A DNA stretch of 64,000 nt, from contig OX597825.1 in assembly GCA_951406725.2 (NCBI GenBank), forward strand, positions 13,206,001 through 13,270,000. The letters are read 5' to 3'. This document shows, piece by piece, positions 25,429 through 39,603 of the stretch. Each line of letters begins with the position of its first letter. Position 1 is the stretch's first letter. Source of the stretch: Octopus vulgaris. Taxonomy: Eukaryota. The notes under the pieces were generated by a model. It worked only from the letters and a program-made list of their open reading frames with translations. It was not told the origin of the DNA and made no database searches. The translations under genes and the position numbers were made by a program.

Positions 25429-27900
25429 GACATACATACACACATACACACACACATACATACGCACATACATACACACACACTCACACACACACACCGC
25501 ACGTACATACTTCACACACACACACATGCACACATACATGTAGGCACATACATACATACATACCCACACATGCACACCCGTACACTGAATGCACACACAC
25601 ATACACCTTTTTGCATCCAGGCAGCCCCCCCCTTTTTTTCTGCTTTCCGGTTTTGGCTGATGGATCCTCGGTTCCCGCGTAGCGGGGCGTTCGAGGGCCT
25701 TTGCGCTCGCGCGCCTTGGCGCGCGCTGGGGGCTCGGTCGGCCCCTTTGGGCTTGCGTTGCACTGCTTGTGCGTTGTGTGCGCGAGCGCGCTTCGTGTGT
25801 GTGGGCTTGCTTCGGATGTGCGCTTGCGTATGTTTGCATACATACCCACACACTCGCATGCATCCCTACCCACATACATACACGCACACCTACTCACACA
25901 CACACATACACACACACACATACCCGCACACACACACACATACATACATACACACACATACCCACTTCAGACATACACACACACAGACATACACCCATAC
26001 ACCCACACTCACACGCATACACACACACACATACACACGCACACGTACACATACACACACACACACACCCACATACATACATTACACTTGTATACACACA
26101 CACTTACATTCATACACACACACACCTACACAGCCATACCCTCACTCAGACACACACATCTACCTACACACACACAAACACACACTGACACACACCCATA
26201 CATACATACATCTACACACTCACGCCTACACACATACATACACACATACATAAACACACACACATACACATACACACACATACGCACACACGCATATACT
26301 TATACACATGCACACACACACACATACATACATACACCCATATACATACACACACACATACCTACATACTCCTATACGCACATACATACACACAGACATA
26401 CACACATACACACTCACACAAACATACACACACACATACTTACACACACACTCACCTGCACGCGCACACACATGCATGACAAACACTCATACACTCACAC
26501 TCACATACGCACACACCAACATAAACACGCACACGCACACACACACCTACACTCCCACACACATACACACGCACCTACATACACACACGCACGCATACAC
26601 ACATACATTACACACGTACACACACACCTACATACACATGCATACACACACACACACAAACATGCACGGACACACCCAGACATACATGCATACACCTATA
26701 TACACACGCCTACACACCTACATACACACACATATACACACGCCCACACAGCTACATACACACACATACATACACACATACACGGACACACCCATACATA
26801 CTTACATACATACACCTATACACACACGCCTACACACCTACACACGCACACACACACACATGTACGCACATACACACACATATACGCACACACATATATA
26901 CCCACACACATGCACACACACACACATACGCACATACATGCACGCATGCACACGCGCACACCTACACGCATACACACACACACACGCACGTACACATACA
27001 TACATACACACACGCATACATACACCCATACACATACATGCATCCTACACACACATACATACACACTCACACATACATACACACACACGCACTCACTCAC
27101 ACACCTGTATGTTCGCGCACACACATGCACATACACACACTTCCCCACACCCACACGTACATACATACACACTCACACACACATACACACACACACACAC
27201 ACACGGACATACATCTATGCACACACATATATACACACATACTCACATACATTCATCGGACACACTGCCACCCAGACATACACACAGACACACTCACACA
27301 TCCACACGCACACATACGTACGCGCACACTCGCAGGCTCGCGCACACACGCGTTTGCGCCGGTTCGCGCACGCATGCGCCCCGCATGCACCTCGCCCTTG
27401 GACCCGACGAGACCTCCCGCCCGTTCCTGGGATGTCGCTTGTCGTTGGGTTTTCCCACGCCCGTCTCCGCGGGACCACTCTTCCATCTTCCCCTCCGCTG
27501 GAGTCCTTTTCCTAAACCCCCCCCTTTTTTTCGTTACACACACGCGCACACATATACACACATTGCTTAAACATATACATCACTCTTACACACATTCAAT
27601 CTACTCGCCACTAATACTACCACGACACTGGACACACACACACACTTCTACTCAACACACGCTGGCACGCTACATACGCCCCCACCCCTTCCCCTCCCTC
27701 CCTTCCTCCTTCCTCCCTTTTCTCACTACTGACCTTTGTCTGCTATGCTGCTGCTATGCTGACCACCGTCTCGCCCTACCTCACACGCCTACACACAGAC
27801 GCACACACTAACACATACATATATTTTTTGTTTTTTACCTCGCCTCACACACACACATACACACACGCACACGCACACACTCACACATACACACACATCT
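25360..27900. repeat. Very long degenerate (CA)/(CATA) tract with A-poor GC islands; possibly low-quality sequence
   Basis: Noisy CA repeat over ~2.5 kb with islands at 25620-25830 and 27330-27530. Confidence 0.8.
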
Positions 27901-28068
27901 GTTGCGTTACCAACCTTGTCTCCACTCTTTTGCCTTTAAAAACCCACTTTGCTCTTGTTATCGTAAACATCCGCCTTTCACCATGTGCTACTCCTAACAC
28001 CAGCCGTTTTTTTCTCTATCTCCGTTGCCCGCTCCGAGATCTTTCTTTCCTCTCTCTTCCTTCTTTAT

Positions 28069-28103
28069 GTTTCCGACGAAGAGCTCCGCTCGAAACGTCA
28101 TAC
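28069..28103 (+). ncRNA. Short-stem-III HHR-like motif, core CCGACGA
   Basis: gttt-CCGACGA-a-gagc(tcc)gctc-GAA-acgt-c-atac; same family as 2653-2687. Confidence 0.5.
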
Positions 28104-28217
28104 CTCCCTGCTTCCATTTCCTGAGCGCCTATTAATAATAATACTGTAATTGTTCCCTTGTTGTTGTTTTTTTGTTTCCCGTTTGGATTAAAATTATATA
28201 TATATATATATATATAT

Positions 28218-28255
<38 letters not shown>

Positions 28256-28899
28256 GTATATATATATATATGTATAAACTTTCTGACGTACCCAGTATTT
28301 CTCGGGAAAGCGGGGCTTATCCCTTGGTTCTATTCTCATAATTGGTTCGTTAATCTAATAATAACAATACAAAGTATGTACCCCTTGAAACAGTTCTGGT
28401 GCATTTATAGCGAATACTGAACTCTCTTACAAAGGATCTTGTTTTTAGGAATTCCCAATAAGTTATGAATACCCAAATTGTGAAGTCAGTTATGTAATAA
28501 CTTGAAAGTAGTTACCCGATAGTAAGAATTCAAATAAAGTAGCACCGAAAAGGCCTTTAATGTTTTCCTAGGGTATATAGAACATAGGAGGAAATACTAA
28601 TATGGTATGTATACTAAAATCGTGAAGCATGTTACGTAATAACAGACTAATCAGATATGCGATAATAATTCAAAGTAAATGGCTCTGAAAAGAGTTTTTG
28701 TACGTTCCCAGAGAATATTACCCTCAGCTGCGCCAGTGTTGGTATATTCGTGAATAAGTCACTATCCGAAATAAGTGGATCTATTGTTTAAGAAAATGCT
28801 ATTTACTTGTTTAAGTGTTGTAATGGATAAACTGCGAAAAAGACTAACAGTTTAAATACTAAGAAATAAGCATACTCAATTTGATTTATGCCAAATGAT

Positions 28900-29185
28900 T
28901 TAGGGAAATAAATGGGTTATTTCGTTTGGCTATGTATAAGGATCCCTCCAGGTGCGAATGGGTTATTTCCTTTTGTTTTTGAAATAAAATATATTGGTTA
29001 TATATATATATAAGGATCCCTTCCAGGGCCCTATTATCGATTTTTGCAACGGAAATTTCGAGATTAAAATCCTCGGTTATCGAGAGCAATTTCGGTTCTC
29101 GAACAACATTGCTGAACCGAGTCGAACCGAGTCGGGTGCAAAGAAATATAGATGGGTTAGCAAATGCTTGTTGGACAAACACAGG
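28900..29185 (-). mobile_element. Penelope-like element GIY-YIG C-terminal remnant
   Basis: Minus-strand KHLLTH...FSNVVR...ALEGILIYIYNQYILFQKQKEITHSHL resembles the PLE ORF end (HLL...FSIL...LEAxYI...LCxQKE); heavily degraded. Confidence 0.45.
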
Positions 29186-29209
29186 TAAAGAAATTTGTCT
29201 ATATTGGTA

Positions 29210-30029
29210 GAATGAAAGAAAGGAAGAGAGAGAGGAGAACAGAAAGGAAGAGAGAGAGGGGGGACAGAAAGGAAGAGTGAAAGAGAGGGGAAAACAGAAA
29301 GGAAGAGAGAGTGGGGCAGAAAGGAAGAGAGAAAGAGAGGGGGAACAGAAAGGGAAAAAGGTGTGAAGAAGAGAATGAAAGAATGTAAAAGAAAATGTAA
29401 CTAAAGAGTGATAAAATGAAAGAAGGAAAGTAGAAGAAAGGAAAGAATGACGGAAAGAAAGAAAGAATTAAAGTAAAATTTAAAGAAAAATTAAGGAAAG
29501 GAAAAAATTAAAGAAAGAAAGAAAGAAAGAAAGAAAAAAGAAAGAAAGAATTAAAGTAGTTTTTAAAGAAAAATCTAAGGAAAGGAAAGAATTTAAAAAG
29601 AAAGAAAGTAAAAGAAATGGGAGATAAAAGTCTGAAAAAAGGGAAGAAAGACGAAAAGGAAGGAGGGAAAGAAAGAAAAGAAGGAAAGAAGGAATAAATC
29701 AAAGAAATAAAGTAAAAAGATAGTATGAACAAAAGTGTGAAAGAAGGAACTAAGAAAGAAAGGAAGACAGAAAGAAAGAAAGGAATGAAAAAGAAAGGAG
29801 GAAGGACAGGGTGAACAAAAGTGTGAAAGAAAAAGGAAAAAGAACGAAAGAAAGAAAGACCGAAGAGAAAGAAGGAAGGAAAACAGAAAGAAAGAAACAA
29901 AGAAAGGAGGAAAGAAAACGAGAAAGAAAGAGATAAAGAATTTAAGAAAGAAAAACAGAAAGAAAGAAGGAAGGTGCGCACAAAAGTGTGAAAGAAAAAG
30001 GGGAAAAGAACGAAAGACCGAAAAGATGT

Positions 30030-30073
<44 letters not shown>

Positions 30074-30185
30074 ACGAAAGAAAGAAAGAAAGACAAAACC
30101 ATGAAAGAAGATGTAAATGGAAGTGTGAAAAAAGAAAGAAAAAGCGAAAAAATGAAAGAAACCAACAAACAGTGTGAAAGAAAGA
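29210..30185. repeat. Purine-rich (GAAA)n-derived low-complexity tract
   Basis: Direct reading of the sequence. Confidence 0.9.
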
Positions 30186-30414
30186 AATTATAATCATGGG
30201 AAGTCAAAATATCCTGCAGAAGTATACTCAGCCGTGTTGTTCTTCCCTGAAACACAACAGACGCCAATATTTTTCTTTTTGTCTTTTGTTTATCTTTTTA
30301 CCGAAATCTCTTCAATTTATCTCGAATATATTCCATCTCTAAGAATGACTATATTCCAGACATTAGTTCTTTCGGCTGTTTTTACTGGTGTTTTCGTAAA
30401 AGTTTTCTCTATAA

Positions 30415-30493
<79 letters not shown>

Positions 30494-30580
30494 GATTTTC
30501 TTATTAACCTTTCCAAGATACACTTGTTGACCAGTCTTCCGCTCTCTCTCTCTCTCTCTCTCTTTCTAAATCTCTCTTTC

Positions 30581-30614
<34 letters not shown>

Positions 30615-30738
30615 CGTGTGTATAGTTACATAATTACATACATTCATACAAAATTATATATGTGTGTGTGTGTGTATACTTATATACATACATACACATA
30701 TATACATACATACATTTGATACATACATAAATACATAC

Positions 30739-30877
<139 letters not shown>

Positions 30878-30984
30878 AATACATACATACATGTATACAC
30901 AGAAATACATCCAATTTCTCCCAATTCTTAATAAAACTTTTACTTTTTTTTTATTTTGTTGCTGCTTGCTGTTGTTACTCTTTT

Positions 30985-31015
30985 CTCTCAATCTCTCTCC
31001 TTCTCACTCATTCTC

Positions 31016-31067
<52 letters not shown>

Positions 31068-31470
31068 GCTCTCTCTCTTTCTTCTTGTCTTATATTCATC
31101 TCCTTCTCTCATTCTGTCTCTCTCTATCTCTTCACTCTTTGCTTTTAACTGATTTTCATTTCTCTCCTTCGTCTCTCTTTCTTTCTTATAGTCTTTCTCT
31201 TTTCCTTTCTTTCATTCTCATTCTCATTCTTTCTTCTCCTCTCTCTTTTTATCTCTTTACTTCAGTCTTTCTCTCTCTCTCTCTTTCTCTTACTCTCTTT
31301 TCTCTCTCTTTCTCTCCACTCTGTTTTAACTGATTTTCATTTTCTCTCCTTCGTCTGTCTCTCTTTCTTACAATATTTCTCCTTTCATTTCTTTCATTCT
31401 CACCCTCATTCTTTCTTCTTGTCTCTCTTTTCATCTCTTTACTTCAGTCTCCCCCTCTCTCTCTCTTTCC

Positions 31471-31511
<41 letters not shown>

Positions 31512-31640
31512 CACTCTTTTCTAACTAATTTTCATTTTCTCTCCTTCGTCTAGGTGCATATTTCTTATAATCTCCTTTTCCTTCTCACATTCTCTCCCCC
31601 TCTCTCCCGGCTTCTCTCTCTTTCCCTCTCTCTCTCTCTC
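30985..31640. repeat. Pyrimidine-rich (CT)n tract with ~180 bp internal duplication
   Basis: ttttaactgattttcatt recurs at ~31143, ~31324 and ~31520. Confidence 0.8.
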
Positions 31641-32101
31641 ACATGCTTCATTTCTGCCGCTTGCTATCACCAACGTGTGAAGAAGTACATTCTATTTGTG
31701 TCAAAATATATCTCTCATATATTTATTCTCTTCTTTAGTCTACTTACTAATTTTCTTTAGATGATATCAACGCTGCCATTTTTTTTTTCATCTAACCTTG
31801 TCACTGTCATCACAACAACAATCACAAACCCCACAGACACACAGACGCATATACAAACATATACAAACATACATACATATATACATACATACATACATAT
31901 ATACATACATACATACATATATATATATAGATATATGCATATATATATACGTTTGTGTGTATGTGTGTATATATGCATATATCTATACATATATATGTGT
32001 CTTTATATATATGTATATATATTTATATATATGTATATATATTCATATATATATATATATATTTATATATATGTATATATATTCATATATATATATATAT
32101 A

Positions 32102-32227
<126 letters not shown>

Positions 32228-32549
32228 ATATATATGTATATGTATATACACGCTCACATATACGCACACACTTGCATATATTTCAGCAATATACTGATTA
32301 AATTACGAGAAATGAATGATAACGTTTGACATGGCACTCGGCCAATTTTTTTTGGTCTGTTTTATGTTTTTTTCATTGTTTTTATTTTTATTTGTTTCTT
32401 TATTTATTTATTTCTTTGGTCACAGTAGGCGGGTGTGAATGGTTTTAGTCTCTTCTGGTATTTATCATCGTCTGAGAGTCCGGTAACTTTGCTGGATAAT
32501 TCTGGAACCACCAAAGGAAACTAACGAGTTGCCATTGCACTGATTAAAG

Positions 32550-32726
32550 GGAAGGAAGAATAGAAAGGGTAAGGGGAGAGGGATGAGGAGGAGGTGGAGG
32601 TGGAGGTTGGGGTGGAGGAGAAGAAGAAGATTAGGAGGAGGAAGAAGAGGAGATAGAAGGAGAAGAAGTAGAGGAGGCTGAAGAAGAAATGAAAAAGAGA
32701 TTAGAAAGAGATGAGAAGAGGAGGAA

Positions 32727-32757
<31 letters not shown>

Positions 32758-32856
32758 AAGAAGAAGAAGAAAAAGAAGGAGAAATGAAAAAGAAGAGGAG
32801 GGGAGGAGGAGAATGAAGGTGGGAAGGAGGAGGTGAAGGAGGAGGAGGAGGAGGAA

Positions 32857-32887
<31 letters not shown>

Positions 32888-33000
32888 AAGAAGAAGAAAT
32901 GAAAAAGAAGAGGAGGGGAGGAGGATGAGAATGAAGGTGGGAAGGAGGAGGTGAAGGAGGAAGAAGAAGAAGAAGAAGAAAAATGGGAATGATGGGGGAA
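32550..33000. repeat. (GAA)/(GGA) low-complexity tract with ~120 bp tandem units
   Basis: gaaatgaaaaagaagaggagg...gagaatgaaggtgggaaggagg is repeated. Confidence 0.85.
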
Positions 33001-33718
33001 GATGGGAAATGCACTGGTGCCATTTTTTATAGCTTCTTTTCCATGCATCTGCCCACAAGATGGCTTGAACAGAGCACTGCTGCGAAACGACAGGCCACTT
33101 GTCACTCTTAACAATCTCATGCTGCAATGTCAATTGGCAGAATTAAAAAGAGCCGTGAAGAAACTGCCCTGGGACGTTTAGATGCGAAACTAAGCTTGGG
33201 TTGTCTGTGTCTCTCTTTCTTCTGAGATCAATATTTCCTTCTTACTATAAGCACAAGGCTTGAAATGTTGATGGTGGTGGTGGTGGTGGTGGTGGTGGTG
33301 GTTGCTGTTGAGCGAACGGTCTTCGTCCCAGAGCTCGCAAGATCGCGAGTGGGAGAAGTCCGAAACGTGGTCCTTTGCTGTTCATAAGACCCGCAGAAGA
33401 GAAAGCAGGTCACCCCCACCCCGACACCGAGAGCATCGATGGATGGATGAATGCGCATCCAGGCTCAGCGGTTGCTTAGGAAGTCGGGGAGGTGGTGGTG
33501 GTGGTGGTGGTGGTGGGCTCAGTTGTCGTTGTTTTATCGATTCCGAAAAGATGAAAGACAAACTCAACCTCGCCGGAATTTGAATTAAGAACGTAAAGAC
33601 GGAAGAAATGTCGCAAAGCATTTTGTCCGGCTTGCCTACAAATTGTCATTTATACATTTACCTGTTCACATATCTCGGGCGTTGTACCTAAGTCAAAAAC
33701 ATTTATAACTTATAACAT

Positions 33719-33882
33719 AGGCGTAGGAGTGGTTGTGTGGTAAGTAGCTTGCTTACCAACCACATGGTTTCTGGTTCAGTCCCATTGCGTGGAACCTTGG
33801 GCAAGTGTCTTCTACTATAGCCTTGGGCCGACCAAAGCCTTGTGAGTGGATTTGGTAGACGGAAACTGAAAGAAGACCGTCG

Positions 33883-33955
<73 letters not shown>

Positions 33956-34110
33956 ATATGTTTGTGTGTCTGTGTTTGTCTCCCCACCCAACATCACTTG
34001 ACAACCGATGGTGGTGTGTTTACTTCCCCGTAACTTACGGTTCGGCAAAATAGAATAAGTACTAGGCTTACAAAGAATAAGTCCTGGGTTCGATTTGTTC
34101 GAATAAAGGC
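33719..34110 (+). mobile_element. SINE family B
   Basis: Family B head and body, 3' truncated. Confidence 0.8.
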
Positions 34111-34724
34111 AGAACATACCTTTCCTCTGTGGTCCCACACACACCGTATGTATGTATGTATGTATGTATGTATGTATGTATGTATGTATGTATGTATGTA
34201 TGTATGTATGTATGCATGTATGTGTATGTATGTATGTGTGTATGTATGTATGTTTGTGTATATGTGCGTATATATGTGTGTATGTATGTGTGCGTGTATG
34301 TATGTATATACCAATGGTTGCGAAACTGCGGCTCGTGGGCCATATCATCCTTTCAAAACTACTGTATATAACTTCTGATATAATATTATGTTTCATTGCA
34401 ATTTTCCTTTCCTAGACAATTGTAACATCCACGCAACTGAATTTAAAAGTAATTAACTTCAAAACTGAAGACACAATAAAAGTTTTTTCAACGGCAGGAA
34501 ATAACGAATCCATTTTGGTGAGTAGAATTACGTAAGCGAATATATTTTTATTATTTTCAAATGTAATTTCAGATAGATATGTGGTTGCTGTTGAACGTAA
34601 AAAGATCACCCTGCGTAACTCTAATCAAAACATTTGGCAACATCTGATACACATCGTCCATCCATCCATCCATCCATACATCCATCCATCCATCCATCCA
34701 TACATCCATCCATACATACATACA

Positions 34725-34758
<34 letters not shown>

Positions 34759-34782
34759 CATACATACGTGCATTCTTATATT

Positions 34783-34981
34783 CTTTTACTTGTTTCAGTC
34801 ATTTGACTGCGGCCATGTTGGGGCACCACCTTGAAAAATTTTAGTCGAATCAATCGACACAAGTAATTTTTTTTTGTTTTACTTTTAAAACCTGGTACTT
34901 CTTCTATCGATCTCTTTCGTCGAATCGCTAAGTTACGGTGACGTACACATACACCAACAGCAGTGGTGGTGCCACAAACAT

Positions 34982-35020
<39 letters not shown>

Positions 35021-35056
35021 AATATACATATACACACACATATACACACACACACA

Positions 35057-35102
<46 letters not shown>

Positions 35103-35105
35103 CAT

Positions 35106-35136
<31 letters not shown>

Positions 35137-35298
35137 ACGGGCTTCATTCGGTTTCCATCTACCAAATCCATTCACAAGGCTTGAATCCGCCCGGGGCTAT
35201 ACTAGAAGACACTTACCCAAGGTGCCACGCAGTGGGATTGAACCCGGAACCATGTGATTGAGAAGCAAGCTTCTTACCACACAGCCACTCGTGCACCT
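34783..35298 (-). mobile_element. SINE family B (diverged)
   Basis: Family B head and body on the minus strand. Confidence 0.75.
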
Positions 35299-35364
35299 AC
35301 ATTCACACCCTCACGCACACACACACACCCACACGCACACACACACATGCGCATTTAGATATAG

Positions 35365-35374
35365 ATGGTGATGG

Positions 35375-35434
<60 letters not shown>

Positions 35435-35560
35435 CGACGACGACGACGATGATGAAGATGATGACGATGATGATGATGATGATGATGACGATGATGATGA
35501 TGATGACGATGATGATGATGATGATGATGATAATGATGATGATGATAACGATGATGAGGA
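35365..35560. repeat. (GAT)n microsatellite
   Basis: Direct reading of the sequence. Confidence 0.95.
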
Positions 35561-36111
35561 TGGCTGCCCACCAAGGAAGTTTCTTTACAGAACACTGTGC
35601 ACTCAAATGCATATATATACCTTACACTTGTGGCCCCACAGGTGACTAATTCATTTAGGCTTTGATAAACACACGCGTCTGCTGATATTGCAGACCAGAC
35701 TCCACCACCACCTCCATTCACTGCACTTGTGGTGCGGTTTCTATCTTCTCGTTTAAATTCTCCATTAAAAAATGCGTGTTTTTTTTTTCGAAAACATCCA
35801 CTCCTTGCTTCTTGGGTGGCAATAACAAGCATTGCATTACCAATTGACCTCAAATATTTCACGCGTGGGACTTTACTCAACGAAGAATTTACTCTGGTCT
35901 TAAACCGTAGTGTCGGTTTCTTCAATGGCGGATTTGTTTAGAAGCTCGCATTGCAACCACGTGGCTTGAGGCTCGATGTCACCCTGCAAGCAAGCTGGAC
36001 TAAATGCCTCATGCAAATAGCCCCAGGCCGATCCATGCCTTGTGAGTAAATATGGTTGTCAGAAACTGTGAAAAAGCCTGTCGGTATATACATGTGTATA
36101 TACCGACTGCC

Positions 36112-36248
36112 ATTAGTCGAGCAAATCGACCCCAGAATTTATTCTTTGTAAGCCTAGAACTCATTCTATCGGATCTCTTTTGCTAAACTGCTAAGTTACG
36201 GGTACGTAAACACACCAGCAACGGTTGCCAGGCGATGTTGGGGGAGAG

Positions 36249-36310
<62 letters not shown>

Positions 36311-36472
36311 ACACACACATTCACACACACGTGTATACGACAGGCTTCTTTCAGTTTCGGTCGGCCCGAGGATAGAGTAATAGACACTCACCCAACGTGC
36401 CAGGCAGTGGAACTGAACCCAGAACCATGTGGTTGGGAATCAAGCTTCTTACCACACAGGCATGCCTGCGCC
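36112..36472 (-). mobile_element. SINE family B (deleted copy)
   Basis: Family B segments on the minus strand. Confidence 0.75.
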
Positions 36473-36492
36473 TATATATACATACATATATA

Positions 36493-36524
<32 letters not shown>

Positions 36525-36647
36525 CAATAAAAAGGGTAAATAATTTTTTTCGTGGTTTTTTAGACAACCAACAATTATTTACCGGTAAATTTCGGTATGT
36601 AAATATGACTTTTAGCATCTGGAATTTCTGTAGAGTTCAGTATATAT

Positions 36648-36896
36648 AGTAGTAATTAAAAGGGTAGGCAACAGGTTGCTCAGCCGCATACCGAAAGAAT
36701 TAGAAATGGCAGTCAGAGACTGTTTAGTTCCATTTTCTACAAGTGGAGGCTCCATATACGACACAACCCTGCGATTCACATACGCAAAATCGGAGTGGCA
36801 TATAAACGAAAACAATCTCTTACCGTTAATGGTGAACATGTTTCTGACTGCCATTTCTAATTCTTTCGGTATGCGGCTGAGAAACCTTTTAATTAC

Positions 36897-36900
<4 letters not shown>
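36648..36900. mobile_element. Inverted-repeat element in (TA)n; arms related to the direct repeats of the 9921-10513 HHR element
   Basis: agtagtaattaaaagg...ctcagccgcataccgaaagaattagaaatggcagtcaga at 36648-36719 is inverted at 36840-36900. Confidence 0.75.
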
Positions 36901-36948
<48 letters not shown>

Positions 36949-37120
36949 GCATATATATTTATGTACGTATACATATATTATGTATATATTATGTATATAT
37001 ATGAAACAGTTCTAGTCCTGTAGAAGCTCCTTCTATAAAATAAATTAATTTACTCTGCTATGTATTGAGTACCTTATTTACTGTGGTTAACCCCGACTCA
37101 ACCCGGGACCTACATATATT

Positions 37121-37219
<99 letters not shown>

Positions 37220-37735
37220 GTGTGTGTGTGTGTTAGAGTTAGTGTGTGTGTGTGTGCGAGGGCATTTACATGCGAGAGCGACCACGTTAATCTCTGCAGT
37301 CCAACAGCTGTGCAGATTTAAATACCTTCAACTATTTGGCATTTAAAAAGCGAGAATTTGAGACTCTGACTGAAATTAAGCCGAACAAAAAAAACATGTG
37401 AAGATAATTAATATTGTGTTTTCTCTTTTTATAATTCCCACTGTTGTACATATATTCGATATACACTGGATATAAATAGGAGATACATTTATACTGTTGA
37501 TTTCATGCGTCTGAAAATACGATTGTCGGACAGGATTGTACAGCGTGCCGATTATTTGCAGGCAATCATTTAGACTGTATCGAAATGGGAAAAATACTAA
37601 CTAATAGGTGATCCTACTTTCCTGAAAAAAACTGGAACTTCTAAACCAAAGCCTCTCTGCCGAATGCGTTCTAAGTCACTCCCAGGGCATAATACGTAGA
37701 TACATACATACATGCATGTAATCATGCATTCATAC

Positions 37736-37788
<53 letters not shown>

Positions 37789-37918
37789 CATACATACATA
37801 GACACATACATGCATCCATACATACAAACATACATATATATATATATATACATACATACAGATAGATCGCTAGCCACTACACATTCTTTGTTTTCTCTCT
37901 TAGTTTCTTTCTGTGTTC

Positions 37919-37954
37919 CTTTCTGTGGAAGAGCGTAGGCTCGAAACGTTAAAG
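37919..37954 (+). ncRNA. Short-stem-III HHR-like motif, core CTGTGGA
   Basis: cttt-CTGTGGA-a-gagc(gtag)gctc-GAA-acgt-t-aaag, with perfect stems I and II. Confidence 0.55.
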
Positions 37955-38421
37955 ACTTTTTCACTTCCCGAACGTTATACTAATTCATCTGTTTCTTGTC
38001 TACACCACCTGTCTTCGTCTTTTGTTTGTTTGTTTTTTTGTGAATTCTCCCATATATACATACATACATACATACATACATACATACATACATACATTCA
38101 TACATATATACATATATTTCTTTTTTCATTTAGCACTCGTCTTTTCGTGGCACCATGAATTACACAGAGACCTATTAGAGACAGAATTTTTATGGTCATG
38201 AGCTTTCATATCAGTTTTTCAGTTAGACATTTTTCTTTTTTGACTTCAGAGATATTACGAATTTAAGAGCGAGCATTTTTCTTATATGTAGAAGACTTTA
38301 ACGCAATTTTTTTGCATCGTGGATCGTTTTATCTAGATATTTGTGTGGGAGTTAATGTGTACAGGAGCAGTTTTGATTTGAATGAAACGATTGTTGATAA
38401 AAAGGAATTGAGAAAATGATA

Positions 38422-38980
38422 TACGAGGTGGCATCATAAAGTTCCCAGTCTAGTTATGTAGCGCGCCAACGGATGGCAGCATACAGTTGCACGTACTGCG
38501 AGAGTTAGCAGCAACCTTCACGAGGCAGTATACCGAGTGACATTGCTGTGTTTACTTCGTAAGTTGTGAAATTTGTGTCTCTGTGATTACGTGTGTGCTG
38601 TAGTCTGCGATTTTGTCTGGGACAGGAAGCTGGAACGAAGAGCCAACGTGAAATTTTGCGTTAAACTTGGTGAGTCTTGTAGTTGCCGTAAGCTGAAGAT
38701 CATATCCACAGTACCTCTTCCAGACCGGAAACCACATTGTGTTTCTGGAAGAACAGTTTTACAAATTGAATCATTGAGTCTGTTTAAGATTACACGCGCT
38801 AGAATCTTACAAGCAACAGACAAGAGAGAAATTCCTGTATGGTTATCACACTCGATGTGTTTACTTTGCAAGTTGTGAAATTTGTGGTTTTGTAGTCTAA
38901 AATTTGTGTATGCTGTGGTCTGTGATTTTTGTTATGGACAGGAAGTTGGGACGAAGAGCCAACTCGAAATTTTGCGTAAC
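38422..38980 (+). mobile_element. Mariner-like 5' end remnant, partly duplicated
   Basis: TIR-like tacgaggtggcatcataaagttccc; DRKLERRANVKFCVKLGES resembles the mariner N-terminal HTH (EQRxxIKFCVKLGKS); 38547-38661 is repeated at 38857-38978. Confidence 0.7.
38676..38855 (-). mobile_element. RTE LINE RT fragment
   Basis: ECDNHTGISLLSVACKILARVILNRLNDSICKTVLPETQCGFRSGRGTVDMIFSLRQLQ corresponds to RT domains 1-2 of the RTE clade. Confidence 0.9.
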
Positions 38981-39191
38981 TCTACCTTTCTAAAAAAAAC
39001 CCGAAGGACTTTCTATATGCCATCATATGACAAATTACAAGATGATCCAATCAATGGTAAGATATACGACGGTGTGTGTCTTGTCTTCAGGATAACGATC
39101 GAAGCAAGAAATCAGACAGAGTTGCTATGACAGTTATCTATCGATAGGCTGGTGCTGAAGAGAATGAAGTGTCGTAATATGAGAGTAAATA

Positions 39192-39603
39192 TAGGCGTAG
39201 GAGTGGCTGTGTGTTAAGTAGCTTGCTTACGAACCACATGGTTCTGGGTTCAATCCCATTGCGTGGAACCTTCGGCATGTGTCTTCTACTATAGCCTCGG
39301 GCCGACCAAAGCCTTGTGAGTGGATTTGGTAGACGGAAACTGAAAGAAGCCCGTCGTATATATATATGTATATGTATATGTATGTGTGTATATATGTATG
39401 TGTGTCTGTGTTTTTCCCCCCGACATCGCTTGACAACCGGTGTTGGTGTGCTTACGTCCCCGTAACTTAGCGGTTCGGCAAAAGAAACCGATAGAATAAG
39501 TACTGGGCTTACAAAGAATAAGTCCTGGGGTCGATTTGCTCGACTAAAGGCGGTGCTCCAGCATAGCCGCAGTCAAATGACTGAAACAAGTAAAATAATA
39601 AAA
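39192..39603 (+). mobile_element. SINE family B
   Basis: Near-consensus full copy. Confidence 0.85.

Noticed and set aside
25294-27811. Long ORFs of 257-604 aa
   Set aside because: They are open only because the CA-rich tract lacks stop codons; no domain is recognisable.
33000-33200. Complex-sequence island with short ORFs
   Set aside because: No identifiable domain or convincing splice signals.
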